Assembly (NCBI RefSeq): GCF_963921235.1
Contig: NC_086108.1
Span: forward strand, 15,624,001 to 15,688,000
DNA length: 64,000 nucleotides
Reading direction: 5' to 3'
From: Mobula hypostoma
Taxonomy: Eukaryota
Part shown: positions 1 to 13,820 of the stretch, piece after piece
Position numbering within the stretch: the stretch's first letter is position 1
How the letters are laid out: every line of letters starts with the position of its first letter
Made by a program: the position numbers and the translations under genes
The notes under the pieces: model-generated
Told to the model about the DNA's origin: nothing
Databases searched by the model: none
The model's input: the letters and a program-made list of their open reading frames with translations, nothing else

Positions 1-446
1 TTGCTAATTACTTCAGTTATTGAGGCCACTAAATGGAAATTGCCTTCTCTTTTAATGTGTGAACGAGAGAGGAGCCTGCTTCTCTGTAATGCCGTTTGTG
101 ACTGAAGGATCTCTTGATATTTTTCACAGCCCATAATTTACAGTTAGCATTGTAAGGCAGGAAGCCTAGCTAGTTAATTAGCACGCAGTGAGCTCCCACA
201 GTCTGCAATGTGGAATTGACCAGGTAATCAGTTTCTATGACCTTGGTCGAGCATAAATATTGCTCTGAGAGAATTCCTTTGCTTTTTTTTCGAAACCATG
301 CCAGGGATAATTTTCAACAGGCTTGGTTTATTGTCTCTTCCCAAAGCCGCCACATGCTGCAGTGCAGCGCTCACTTGGTTCTGCATTGGGTTGTCAACCT
401 GAGCTATCCTCGTGTCCTTTGGGGAAAAAAAACTACAATATCCTAA

Positions 447-690
447 CTAGTCAGAGAGTGGTGAATCTATGGAATTTGTTGCCACAGGCAGCAGTGGAGG
501 CCAAGTCATTGGGTGTATTTAAGGCAGAGATTGATAGGTATTTGAGTAGCCAGGGCATCAAAGGTTATGGTGAGAAGGCGGGGGAGTGGGACTAAATAGG
601 AGAATGGATCAGCTCATGATAAAATGGCGGAGCAGACTCGATGGGCCGAATGGCTGACTTCTGCTCCTTTGTCTTATGGTCTTATGGCTA
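447..690 (+). mobile_element. CR1 LINE 3' end fragment
   Basis: SQRVVNLWNLLPQAAVEAKSLGVFKAEIDRYL C-terminus followed by a 3'UTR ending in (tcttatgg) repeats; closely similar to the CR1 3' end at about 62650-62870 (-). Confidence 0.85.
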
Positions 691-1689
691 ATTTGAGGAA
701 ATCTCACAAATAGGATTGTGGACAAGCTTTCAACTAAGTAGGAGGGGGAAGGACTCCACAGATACTCAATACACTCAAAAGGAAATGAGCACAGAATAGT
801 GAGGAGGGAAGTGACAAAGTGTAACAAATGTAACAACAGAAATATTAATATAAGTATACAGCACAGAGCAAATCCAGAGTTAGTAAAAACTTTAAATTAA
901 AAATCACTGCTTAATTTGCATTTGCAATAAGACAGGTGGGTCAATAGCACAAATAGCAACATAATGAAAATTATCTAATAGATATTTCAGAACTCACTGG
1001 GATGGGATAGACCAAATGGGAAAGGAGGTGTTGTGGCTTTGCTTAATCAAGCAAGTATCAGAGTGGTTGAGTTATGATAGGGTAGCAATGGTTAGTAATG
1101 TAGAATTGGTTTGGGTTGAAATCATCAAAAGTTCAAATGAACTTTGAGCAAAAGTTAAATGAAACAAGTTAAATGAAGAAGAAGTTAAATGAAAGAGAAA
1201 AGAAGACAAGGGTGTGAGTAACTTTTAGCCCCTAAAGTGTGACCTCTCAATAAGGCAGGACCTCTCAATAGAATGAGGAAATATCTAGGGCATGATTGAA
1301 AAGGACTGCAATTGTCAGAGGACTCTTTAATCTACAGCTTGATTGGTAAGGGTATCATAGAAGAAGAATTTATGAAGAATAGCATCTTAGAAGAGTATAT
1401 TATGGAGTCTACCCAGAAATGTGCTATTCCAGATTTGGTCATGAGTAATGAGGAAAGATAATTAAAGATCTTGTGGTTAAAGGTCCCTATTGATGATAGT
1501 GACCATATTAAGACAAGTTTGCTAGAGATGTAGGGAGAGTTTTGATTAGTCAGGTGTCAAAGATTACGGAGAGAAAGCAGGAGAATGAGATTGAGAGGGA
1601 AAATAAATCAGCCATGTTCAATTGTATGATTGATAGGCCAATTAGCCTAAATTTGCTCCTAAATAAACTTCTGAAGTTCTATCATATTA

Positions 1690-2870
1690 AACCATAAGAC
1701 ACATGAGCAGAATTAGGCCACTCGGCCCATCATGTCTGCTCCACCCTTTCATCATGTCTGAATTATTATCCTTCTCAACCCCATTCTGCTGCCTTCTCCC
1801 TGTAACCTTTGATGCCCTGACTAACCAAGAACCTATCAACTTCTGCTTTAAATATACCCCATGACTTGGACTCCACAGCTGTCTGTGACAATGAATTCCA
1901 CAGATCCACCCTCCTCTGGCGAAAGAAATTCCTCCTCATCTCTGTTTTAAAGGGATGTGAACAGATCCTGGCCCTGTTCTGGGCTGTACCCTCCAAATAT
2001 CTGGACCTGCCTCTCGGTTTTTTTGCACGACCTTACTTTCCCTTTTCTATTTTCTATTTATGATTTATAATTTAAAATTTTAATATTTACTATTGATTTG
2101 TACTCCAGGGAGCATGAAGAGCAGAATCAAATATCGCTGTGATGATTGTACGCTCTAGTAACAATTGTTTGGCGACAATAAAGTATAAAGTATGTCTTTG
2201 TATTCTGAGGCTGTGTCCTCTGGTCCTAGACTCGCCCATTATAGGAAATATCCTCTCTAGGTCCACTCAATCTAGGCCTTCAACATTAGATAGGTTAGAG
2301 AAGTACAGCATAGAAACAGGCCCTTTGGCCCATCTAGTCCATGCAAAACCATTTAAACTGCCTACTCCCATTGACCTGCACCAAGACTGTAACCCTCCAT
2401 ACCCCTACCATCCATGTACCTATCCAAACTTCTCTTAAACATTGACATCGAGCTCATATGCACCATTTGTGCTGGCAGCTCGTTCCACACTCTCACCACC
2501 CTGAGTGAAGAAGTTACCCCTAATATTCTCATTAAACTTCTCACCTTTCACCCTTAACCCATGACCTCTGGTTGTAATCACACCCAACCTCAGTGGTAAA
2601 AGTCTGCTTGTATTTCTATATGCTGTCCCTGTCTATACCTCTCATAATTTTATATACCTCTATCAAATCCACTCTCAATCTTCTACGTTCTAAGGAATAC
2701 TGTCCTAACGTATTCAATCTTTCCTTATAACTCAGGTTGTCCAGTACCGGCAACATCCTTGTAAAATTCCTCTGGGCTCTTTCAACCTTATTTACATCTT
2801 TCCTGTAGGTAGGTGACCAAAACTGCACACAATACTCCAAATTAGGCCTCACCAACAAATTCAACATGTG
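1690..2870 (-). mobile_element. Nested CR1 3' fragments
   Basis: Minus-strand ORF pieces LVRPNLEYCVQFWSP...QRNFTRMLP...RRLRVDLIEVYKIM and RRNFFRQRRVDLWNSL. Confidence 0.8.
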
Positions 2871-2977
2871 CCATGTGTAATCAGATAAATTTGACAACAG
2901 AGAGACACGAGGGACTGCAGATGCAGGAATATAGAGCAATTTTACAAGTAATTTTACTTGGTAGAGGAACAGGAAGC

Positions 2978-3290
2978 TGGTGTGTGTGAGAGTGGGTATG
3001 GGTATGAGATCGTGTGAGAGAGAGGATGTGTGTCTGAAGAGAGTGTGAGAGCATGCACTAGTGTGACAGTGTGAATGTGTGAGTGTGCATGCACATGAGA
3101 GGTGTGTGTGCACAAGTGAGAGTGCATGTGCGTGAGTGTGTGAGTGAGAGTGTGCATGTGAATGTGAGTGTGTGTGTGGGAGAGTGTGAGTCTGCATAGG
3201 AGAGTGTGAGTGCGTATGTGTGGGTGAGAATGTGAATGAGTGAGTGTGCATGTGAGAGAGTGTACGTGTGTTTGAGAGTGAGTGAGAGCG
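2978..3290. repeat. Degenerate (TG/GA)n low-complexity tract
   Basis: Runs of gtgtga/gagtgt; these explain the His/Thr-rich spurious ORFs. Confidence 0.9.
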
Positions 3291-4048
3291 ATTGTTTCAA
3301 TGAGATTTCCTCCCCTCACCCCTATTCTTCTAAACTCCAACAAGTACAGGCCAAGAGCCATCAAACCCCGCTACAGCCCAAGAAGCCCATCTCCACCCTA
3401 GCACAGCCTAGGACTTTTGAGCCTTTCATATCCCTATAAAAGAGGCTGAGGGGTGCCCTTTTATAGGGATATGAAAGGCTCGGATAAGGTGAGTGATCAC
3501 AGTATTCTTTGACAGGCTAGGATTCTTAGACATGGAACCTAATACAACAATGAGAGGCCCAGATTGAAAAGGCAGCCTGTATACTTTTCCCCTAGGTTGA
3601 AATGTCTAGTACTAGAGGGTATACATTGAAAGTGAGAGAAAATTAAAAGGAGATGTGCAGGGCAAACTTTTTTCATAAAACACGATTGGTGCCTAGAATG
3701 TGTTGCCAGGGGTGGTAGTAGAAGCAGATATGAAAGAGGCATTCAAACCCACTTAGACAGGCATTAGGAATGTGCAGAGAACAGAAGGGAGGAGCATTAC
3801 GTAGGCAACAGGCATTTAGTTACTAGTTTAAATAGTATAGTGCAACATTTTGGGCTGAAGAGCCTGTTCCTATCCTCTACGGTTTTATATTCTATGTAAA
3901 CTACAAGGCATAGATTTAAGGTGACAGGAGAGTTTTGTTGTATCTGAGGGGCAAGTTTTACCACACAGAGTGAACTGCCTAAGAAAATGATTGAAGTAGG
4001 TATAATTAGAACATTTAAAACTCATTTGGACATCAAAGATGCAGAGTG

Positions 4049-4595
4049 GAGGAAAAGGTATTATTTTGGAGACATCTGATTTGTACATTTTGGCATTTAA
4101 TTCTCTTATAGCTGGGAGGGCGATCCTGTTTAAATGGAAGGATGTCGTTCCGCCTACTCACGGTCAATGGTTTCGTGATGTTATGTCATGCTTAAATTTA
4201 GAGAAGATCCATTGTTCAATTTCTGAATCTAGCCAAGACTTTCAAACATTGTGGGGACCATTTTTGAACTATTTTCAAAACCTTTGACTTGCTGTTAAAG
4301 TACAAATGGTGACTAATAACATATTTCACTTTATGATAAGGATTTTTTTCCTTTTTTTCTTTCTTTACCAAACAGCTTTGATCTTGGTAGTGGGTTTAGA
4401 ATTTTTTTCTGTATAAAAAAATTATTACATTTCAATATTACGATTTAATTTAATTTACATGAATATAGGGTAATGTGATTGCAAGTGTGATTCTAATATA
4501 ATGTATTTGGTATTATTTTATCTTTTTTTTGATTTATAATATATATGTCTTCTTGTACTCTGTATTCTTATATGTAGGAACGAATAAAAATATTG
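4049..4595 (+). mobile_element. 5'-truncated L1-clade LINE 3' end with 14-bp TSD
   Basis: ORF2 C-terminus (..RAILFKWKDVVPPTHGQWFRDVMSCLNLEKI..WGPF), AT-rich 3'UTR with aataaa; TSD aaagatgcagagtg at 4035-4048 and 4596-4609. Confidence 0.85.
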
Positions 4596-6359
4596 AAAGA
4601 TGCAGAGTGATATGGACCGAACTTATGTAAGTGGGACTAGATCAGGTAGACATCTTGGTCGCCATGGATGAGTTGGCCATAGGGCCTGTTTTTCTGCTGT
4701 ACAACTCCATGACACATCCTTGTAGTGTTTTTTTCAAGAACCAAAGAGGGGAGGTTATGTATAGTTCACATCAGAAGTAGGTTATTTTGCCCAGTGGTAC
4801 AGGGCCAGAGTTTATTTTCCACATCCTCTGTGGCTCACCCTATTATATGTATTGTTCTGTTCGTTCCTGCCAGTGTATCAACCCAACTTTGCTGTTCTCT
4901 CAGCCACCGCTTAAGGTAATGACCTTCACGTTCTGACCAGCCCCGGTTTAAAAAGAAACATTCTTCCCAGTTTCTCTGCTGGATTTACTGGTTACTCTTG
5001 TTATTTGTGATTCTGTCTTTTGATCCCTTAACTTCTTGCCTGCTGCATCAAGCAAATTAAATTGGTCACTCCTGTGCAGACTCATATTCTGACGATTATA
5101 ATTTTGTGGAGAATACCTTCTGAATGGACCCATTCCCCAGAGGATCTCCTCCTCCTTCACTTCCATGTGCATCTAACCCCTGCTTATTCCACCACCCCCA
5201 TTAAACTCATAGAAGCTATGGTGCCAGCGGGTTGTGACCTAGGGCCAGGGCTCATTTGGTGCCTTTGGGTGTTGACTCTCTTGGCTTGCACTCTAATTTG
5301 AGAAGCTTCCCACATCAACCAGCCTTCTCATGGAGTTCTGATATAATCTGGTCATGCACTTTATTCCTTAATGGGCCACATCTTTAAAGGAGAGCTAGGA
5401 GCAGAAGTAGGCCATCTGACCTCTGAGCCTATTCCACTATTTACTAAGATCTTGGCTGAGTTTCTAATTAGGCTATCCTCTTGTCCCCTGACACCCTTAA
5501 CATCCAGTTCACATATACTTTTATAGCTGAATGCTCCAATGGGATTACATTCTTTCAGGAGTACAGACCCTCTGGCACTTCAACCAAAATAAGTATTTCA
5601 GCAGTCAGTGGCTATTTAACTACAGCAAACCTTAAAACCTGCCTCCACCCACTATCTAAAATTTCAAGTACGATTTCAAGTTTATTGTCATCCAACTGTA
5701 CATACATAAAAACAAATGAAATAATGTTCCTCCGGACCACAGTGCACCCACAAAACATATATCACACACAGTACATAAAACAAATATTACCATGAAAATA
5801 GTAATAAATATAATTCAAAATGCATGTAGTGCATTGCACAGGTAACAGTAAACAGCTCACTGTCCTAGTGACAAGATCTTGGTGGTGGCAGGGTATTGAT
5901 TAGTCTGACAGCCTGAGGGAAGAAGCTGTTACCCAGTCTGGCAGTCTTACTCCTGATGCTCCTGTACTTCCTTCCTGAGGGTAGTGGGTCAAACAGATTG
6001 TGGAATGGGTAGTAGAGATCATCAACAATATATAATACTCCCAGTAAATGTCACAAATGGGGGGAGGAAGATCCTGTTGATCATCTAGAGTGTGGGTACC
6101 ATCTCCCTATTCGGCGGCAAACTGCAAAGTACCACCTTCGGTCTTGAGATTTGCCAGTGGTTGAACCCAGAACCTGGTGTGCATCCAGTCCCGATGAAAG
6201 GTCTCAACTGCCCTCCCCCCATATCTCCTGCCTGTTCCTCTGAGAGCCTCCAGCTATTCTGTTTTTGCTCCAGATTCCAGCATCTGCAGTCCCTTGTGAC
6301 TCATGTCCCTTGTGTGTCGTACAGTCGGATGACAATAAGATTGACATTCCAGTGACTAT

Positions 6360-7400
6360 TTGGAGCAGTTTGTGGTTGAGTCCACTAGGGGAAGGCAATT
6401 CTGGATTGGGTGTTGTATAATAAACTGGATTTGATTAGGAGCTTCAGGTAAGGGAACCCCTTAGAGGCAGTGATCATAATACGATAGAATTCACCCTGCA
6501 GTTTGAGAGAGAGAAGATAAAGTCAGATGTTTCAGAATTAGAGAGGCATGAGAGATGAGCTAGCCAAAAATTGATTGGAAGGATGACAGTAGAATAACAA
6601 TGGCTGGAGCTTTCAGGGGAAATTCAGAAGGTGCAGGGTAGATACATTCCAAAGATGAAGTAGTATTCTAAAGGGAAGATGAGGCGACTGTGGCTAACAA
6701 GGAAAGTCAAAGACAGCATAACAGCAAGGAAGATGGCATACAGTATAGCAAAAACTAGTAAGAAGTTAAAGGATTGCCTAGCTTTTAGTCTGTATTCATA
6801 ACCCTTTTCGATTTTGCCTTATGTTACACTTCAACTCATTCCGTCTCACTGACTGAAATTTTGCCCTATCATCTGCCTGTACTTCCTCACAGTTTTACTA
6901 CACACAGCATCTACTTGTATGCTCACTGCCCCATTCTCAGCCCAAACTAGTTTTAATCCTCCCCAACAGTTCTTGCAAACCTGCCTGCAAGGATATTTGT
7001 CTACCTCGGGTTCAAGTGTAACCTGTCTTTTTTATACAAGATATACCTTCCCCAGAAAAGATCTCAATGATCCAGAAATCTGAAACCCATTTCACCTGCA
7101 CCAGTTCCTCACCCACACATTCATTTGGCAAACCACCCTTACTGGTGAGTGTCACATGTAGCAATCTAGAGATTACTACCCTTGAAGTCTTGTTTTTCAG
7201 CTTTTGACCTATCTCCCTATTTTCTCTATTCAGGACCTCCTCTCCTTTCCTACCTAGTGTATGTAGTTGCTTCCTGAACACAGTCTCTGAGGAGCTACAG
7301 ATCGATGCACATTGTGCAAATGTAGTTATCAGGGAGACTTGAGGTATCCTGGAGTTCCCGCAACACATATAAAGAACTTATCACTAACACTGGATTCATT
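6360..7400. mobile_element. Degenerate CR1 fragments (ORF2 endonuclease/linker on +, ORF1 esterase-like region on -)
   Basis: The + strand encodes a GEGNSGLG/SDHN-like endonuclease-end region; the - ORF 7012-7368 contains LKNKTSRVVISRLL, resembling CR1 ORF1. Confidence 0.55.
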
Positions 7401-8554
7401 TTCACCACACTAGTTATGTACTAATAGATAAAAGAAGTGGAGGGAAAGAAACTTACTAAAAACTTACTTTGAACCTCCACCTGTTGAGCCAAAGCCTCGC
7501 CACCCTAACACTCACATAATAGCCACTCCAATTACAGCTTGCTTCTTTTTATTGGCCCTTGCTAAGTTACTAATAACCCAAGTTAATCGGTCCTGTTCCA
7601 CCGGTAAGTCCTGACAGGCCCCTCTCACTTTTTTAAACTGGCAAGCAATGCCTGCAAGGAATTGTCTTACATTCTCGCCGCGATGTCCAATTAGGCCACT
7701 CGTGCTTTTTCTGGTGTGCTTCTCGTGGATATCCTAGAACAAGGATAGATATAAGCAGAAAATGGAGATCTATGGGTGAGTACTGCTGTAATGGCTGCAT
7801 CATATTTGGAAGTCATCTCAATCATTCAGGTCATTGAAGAATCTGGGACACCCTCCAGCGTCACTTGCTGTGCTTACAAAGATGGTTTCTCTCTGAAATC
7901 AGGCTGTGCCCATACCAGAAGGGTTATGCTGTCCAAATACTATGGTGTACACAATGTCCTGGCACACAGGCTGGCTGCTGTGTGGGAAACCAGAAATAGC
8001 TTAGCAAGATGTTTCAAAATCCACCTCTATATCATTACCAGATTTATAGGTTCAGCTGATATTCACTTTTCTTTCTGTAGTTGTACACAGAAAGGAAAGA
8101 ATCACTTTTCACTTCTTCAGTGATGTCAAAGTGTTTCATAGACATTTAACTAATTGAAGAGTCAGCATTCGTTTTCTTAAGTGTGGCTTGGGGATTGTTC
8201 CTGTACAAGTATCCTTGATTGATTTTGTTTTAAGTGGAAATTGCAATTAATACTAAACTGCATTTCATTCTTTGCTGCTTTGTTTCAGTATTATTGATAG
8301 ATGGAAAGCAGACAAGGCTGTTTAGCTGTGATTTTAAAAGAGTTATCCAATTAATTGCACCTTCCCCATACTCCATATGTGCTTCAAGTGATTACATCAG
8401 CTTTCAGTTCCCTTTCATGTGGCATATTTCCTTCAATGGTTCTCTGCAGTGTTGTTGTGAACAGCTACATATTTCCATGGCTATTATTCATTTGGAATCA
8501 CTTGAAACCAATGTATCCATGCTATGCACCTGTGGGTTTTTCCACCAACACTGG

Positions 8555-10125
8555 ATGATGAAGTATGTGAAAAGCAAGAGGATAAGAGGATGTGCTGGAG
8601 CTTTTGGAAAGCATTAAGTTGGATAAGTCATCGGGACCGGACGAGATATAGCCCAGGCTACTGTGTGAGGCGAGGGAGGAGATTGCTGAGCCTCTGGCAA
8701 TGATCTTTGCATCAGCAATGGGGATGGGAAAAGTTCTGGAGGATCGGACTGTTGCAGATGTTGTTTCCTTAATCAAGAAAGGGAATAGAGATAGCCCAGG
8801 AAATTATAGAGCAGTGAGTCTTACTTCAGTGGTTGGTAAGTTGATGGAGAAGATCCTGAGAGGCAGGATTTATGAACATTTGGAGAGGCATAATATGATT
8901 AAGAATAGTCAGCGTGGCTTTGTCAAAGGCAGGTCGTGCCTTAACGAGCCTGACTGAATTTTTTGAGGATGTGACTAAACACAGGTAGAGCGTAGTGTAT
9001 ATGGATTTTAGCAAGGCATTTGATAAGTTACCCCATGCAAGGCTTATTGAGAAAGTAAGGAGGCATGGGATCCAAGGGGACATTGCTTTGTGGATCCAGA
9101 ATTGGCTTGCCCACAGAAGGCAAAGAGTGGTTGTAGACGGGTCATATTCTGCATGGAGGTTGGTGACCAGTGGTGAGCCTCAGTGACCTGTTCTGGGACC
9201 CTTACTCTTCGTGATTTTTATAAATGACCTGGATGAGGAAGTGGACGGATGGGTTAGTAAATTTGCTGATGACACAAAGTTGGAGGTGTTGTGGATAGTG
9301 TGGAGGGCTTTCAGAGGTTACAGTGGGACATCGATAGGATGCAAAACTGGGCTGAGAAGTGGTAGATGGAGTTCAACCCAGATAAGTGTGTGGTGGTTCA
9401 TTTTAGTAGGTCAAATATGATGGCAGAATATAGTTTTAATGGTAAGACTCTTGGCTGTGTGGAGGATCAGAGGGATCTTGGGGTCTAAGTCCATAGGACA
9501 CTCAAAGCTGACTCTGTGGTTAAGACGGCTATGGTGCATTGGCCTTCATGAACCGTGGGGATTGAGTTCAAGAACCGAGAGGTAATGCTACAGCTATATC
9601 AGATCTTAATCAGACTCTACTTGGAGTACTGTGCTCAGTTCTGGTCACCTCACTACGGGAAGGATGTGGAAACTATAGAAAGGGTGCAGAGGAGATTTGC
9701 AAGAATGTTGCCTGGATTGGGGAGCATACCCTATGAGAATAGGTTGAGTGAACTTGGCCTTTTCTCCTTGGAACGACGGTGGATGAGAGGTGACCTGATA
9801 GAGGTGTATAAGTTGATGAGAGGCATGGATCATGTGGATAGGCAGAGGCTTTTTCCCAGGGCTGAAATGGCTAACATGAGAGGGCACAGTTTTATGGTGC
9901 TTGGAAGTAGGTACAGAGGAGATGTCAGGGGTAAGTTTTTTATGCAGAGGGTGGTGAGTGCGTGGAATGGGCTGCTGGTGACGGTGGTGGAAGTGGATAC
10001 GATAGGGTCTTTTAAGAGACTCTGTGGGTAAGCCAAGGTAATTTCGAAAATAAGTACATGTTTGGCACAGCATCGTGGGCCGAAAGGGCTGTATTGTACT
10101 GTAGGTTTTCTTTGTTTCTCTATTT
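8555..10125 (+). mobile_element. CR1 LINE, 5'-truncated, frameshifted RT
   Basis: [50 protein letters not shown] motifs. Confidence 0.92.
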
Positions 10126-10686
10126 CTAACCCTGATCTTTTCCTTATTTCTTCTGTTCATCTTGTGTTCGACCAGTGGCCATCTAATACTCCAGACAGAC
10201 TGTCTGACCATAGCAAGCATCACAACTAAGTCTTGTTCCTTATTGGATATGCCAAGTTTGAAGCCTAGCACTTGCCTTTAGAATGTTTATTAACACAACG
10301 CAGTGTAACCCTGCAGAGGCAAGCTTATTTGCATCCTCTCAGTCAGCATGAAGCCACTCATCAAACTGAAAGGGTGAAATAGTCTCAGGTGCAACAGCAC
10401 TGCTCATAATGAGAAACCGAGTCTGGAGCTGCAAGGTCACAGAGTTAATGACAAACCAGTCAAGTTGATGTTCTAATAACGGCAGTAAATTGAGTGATCA
10501 CACTCCTTGTATGTTGTATGTCCCGTTGTGTATCATTGTGTCTGTGAAGGAGCTGGATTCCTGAATCATTGCATATAATTGATGGACTGTGCACTCTATC
10601 AAACTGCCCACCCCTGGCCCTTTTTCAAGTAATCACAAGGGTGTGGCCAAGCACTCAGGCACATCAGCTCCTTCTCCAGCTGTGTA

Positions 10687-11498
10687 CACCTCTGGTCAAA
10701 ATTTCTGTTACTGTGAATTGCTATGCGAGTAAAAGATGAATTGATTTCCAAAAGGCATAAAGATGACACATTTCTTTAATATTTTAAGCAAGAAAACTTT
10801 TCTATTTCCATCTTTTACAGTTATAAAATAACAAAAAAAGGAAAAGGGCCCAAAACAAAAGTTTGGGCACCCTGCATGGCAGTACTTAGTAACACGCCCC
10901 CTTGGCAAGTATCACAGCTTGTAAGTGCTTTTTCTAGCCAGCTAAGAGTCTTCCAATTCTTGTTTGGGGGATTTTCGCCCATTCTTCCTTGCAAAAGGCT
11001 TCTAGTTCTGTGAGATTCTTGGGCTATCTTGCATGCACTGCTCTTTTAAGGTCTATCCACAGATTTTCGATGATGTTTAGGTCAGGGTCTGTGAGGGCCA
11101 TGGCAAAACCTTCAGCTTGCGCCTCTTGAGGTAGTCCATTGTGGATTTTGAGGTGTGTTTAGGATCATTATCCTGTTGTAGAAGCCATCCTCTTTTCACC
11201 TTCAGCTTTTTTACAGACAGTGTGATGTTTGCTTTCAGAATTTGCTGGTATTTAATAAAATTCATTCTTCCCTCTACCAGTAAATGTTCCCCGTGCCACT
11301 GGCTGCAACACAACAACAAAGCATGATCAATCCACCCCCATGCTTAACAGTTGGAGAGGTGTTCTTTTCATGAAATTCTGCACCCTTTTTTCTCCAAACA
11401 TATATTTGCTCAGTTTGGCCAAAAAGTTCTATTTTAACTTCATCAGTCCACAGGACTTGTTTCAAAAATGCAACAGGCTTGTTTAGATGCTCCTTTGA
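10687..11498 (-). mobile_element. Tc1 DNA transposon, right part (DD34E transposase C-terminus plus one terminal repeat)
   Basis: VLWTDEVKIELFG, TVKHGGG, LQQDNDPKHTSK, WPSQ..DLN motifs; end TA|cacctctggtcaaaa; truncated by a Penelope-like element. Confidence 0.88.
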
Positions 11499-11512
11499 AC
11501 CCTTTGAATAGA

Positions 11513-12786
11513 ACTCTCACAGCTACCTGGACTATTCCTCTTCCCACCCTATCTCTTACAAAAATGCCATCCACTTCTCGCAATTCCTCCGTCTCCACCG
11601 CATCTGCTCTCAGGATGGGGATTTTCATTCCAGGATGAAGGAGATGTCTTCCTTTTTTAAAGAAATGGGCTTCTCTTCCTCCGCCATCAACACTGCTCTC
11701 AAACGCACCTCCCCCATTTCATGCACATCTGCCCCATCCTCACCTACCACCTCACCAGCCTCCTGGTCCAACATATAATTCTCCGTAACTTCCGCCACCT
11801 CCAACGGGATCCCACCACCAAGCACATCGTTCCCTCCCCCCCCCCTTTCTGCTTTCCGCAGGGATCGCTCCCTACGTGACTCCCTTGTCCATTCATTCCC
11901 CCACATCACTTCCCACTGATCTTCCTCCCGGCACTTATCCTTGTAAATGGAACAAGTGCTATACTTGCCCTTACATTTCCTCCCTCACCACCATTTCAGG
12001 GCCCCAGACAGTCCTTCCAGGTGAGGTGACACTTCACCTGTGAGTTAGCTGGTGTGATATACTGCATCTTGTGCTCCCAGTGCAGCCTTCTATATATTGG
12101 CGAGACCCAACGCAGACTGGGAGACCATTTTGCTGAACACCTATGCTCTGTCGGCCAGAGAAAGCAGGATCTCCCAGTGGCCACACATTTTAATTCCAGG
12201 GCCCATTCCCATTCTGATATGTCCATCCATGGCCTCCTCTACTGTCAAGATGAAACCACACTCAGGTTGGAGGAACAACACCTTATATTCCGTCTGGGTA
12301 GCCTCCAACCTGATGGCATGAACATTGACTTCTCTAATTTCTGTTAATGCCCCTCCTCCCCTTCTCACCCATCCCTTCTTTATTTATTATTTTCAATTTT
12401 TTTCCCCTTTCTTTCTCTCTTTTTTCTCCCTCTGTCGCTCTCACTATATCTTCCTCTGATGCTCCGCTCCCCCTTTCTTTCTCCCTAGGCCTCCCGTCCC
12501 ATGATTGTCTCCCTTCTCCAGCCCGGTATCCCTTTTGCCAATCAACTTTCCAGCTCTTAGCTCCATCCCTCCTCCTCCTCTCTTCTCCTATCATTTCGGA
12601 TCTCCCCCTCCCCCCCCTTTCAGATCTCTTACTATCTCTTCTTTCATTTAGTCCTGACGAAGGGTCTCGGCCCAAAATGTCGACTGTACCTCTTCCTATA
12701 GATGCTGCCTGGCCTGCTGCATTCCACCAGCATTTTGTGTGTGTTGCTTGAACTTCCAGCATCTGCAGATTTCCTCGCGTTTGCAC
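11513..12786 (+). mobile_element. Penelope-like element (older subfamily), 5'-truncated: RT thumb, GIY-YIG endonuclease, 3' repeat with tail
   Basis: IYCILCSQCSLLYIGETQRRLGDHFAEH; mutated hammerhead at 12649-12686; no TSD found. Confidence 0.9.
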
Positions 12787-13820
12787 TACTGAAGGGTTTC
12801 ATTGACTCTTTCAATGTCCTTGTTAGGTAGGGATGGGTGCTGGTAGTGGCAGATATGATTGATGTGTTTAAGTGCCTCTTAGGCAGGCATATCAATATAC
12901 AGAGAATGGAGGGATTAGGTATTACTTTACTTAGTTTGGCACATTGTGGACTGAAAGGCCTGTTTGTGTACTGTTATGTTCTGTATTTTATCCTCCTATA
13001 AAGTGAAGTCTGAGAGAGCCTGAACCCTGGGACAAAGAGCACAGATTTACATTAATCTTTATATAATGTTCCCATGTAACGTTGTTAAACTGCGAGGGAC
13101 TGAGTCTTGAGATGCTCTGAAACTAATTATTTTCTTTGTAATGAGACAGGCTGGGCTGTCTGGCTTCACACTTCCCTGCTTCACTTTGTCTTTGTAAATC
13201 TGGGTGATTATATTTGCTGAATCTGCAGGTTTGGTTTGTCAAGACATTCATCACCTTCACCTTATTTGACAGACATTTCAAATTCTATTGCTTTTGACAA
13301 TGTTCTACCCAACATACTGCAGGAGGGATGGACATAGAATGAAGACGGAATGGTTGAGAGATCCAGGCAGAATGGGAGCTGTGACTGCAGCCAGAGAATG
13401 TAGAACCTGTGGTGGTGCGGTGATTGATGGTGGCTGCGGCAGATAGTACACAACAGAACAATTATTCATCTCTCTGTCCAGAGGCTGAATTATGATGCTG
13501 AAAGAAGCTAGATTATGTTATGCACATCCAATAGGCAGTATATTGGTTCAATTAAAGGCATGTTCCTTCAGAGTAAATGTCCACTGGCATCACCTGAGAT
13601 CTTTGTATAAGAGTCAGTTAATCCTTAGCAGGCAGAAATATTGCAACTAAATCCAGATGCATTGTCAGATGTCACTAGGCAGTGATTGTAGGTAGAAAAA
13701 AGTCACTGTTCTAGTGATCTGACTTGGAAGCACAAGACTTTAAAAATGTTAATATTAGAAAATTCAGAAATATTATAAATCAGGAGGGAATGGCAACAGT
13801 CCAAAGACAGATTGACGAAA

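Noticed and set aside
2616..3364. His/Thr-rich ORFs of 136-211 aa
   Set aside because: They are translations of a (TG)n tract, one of them fused to CR1 sequence.
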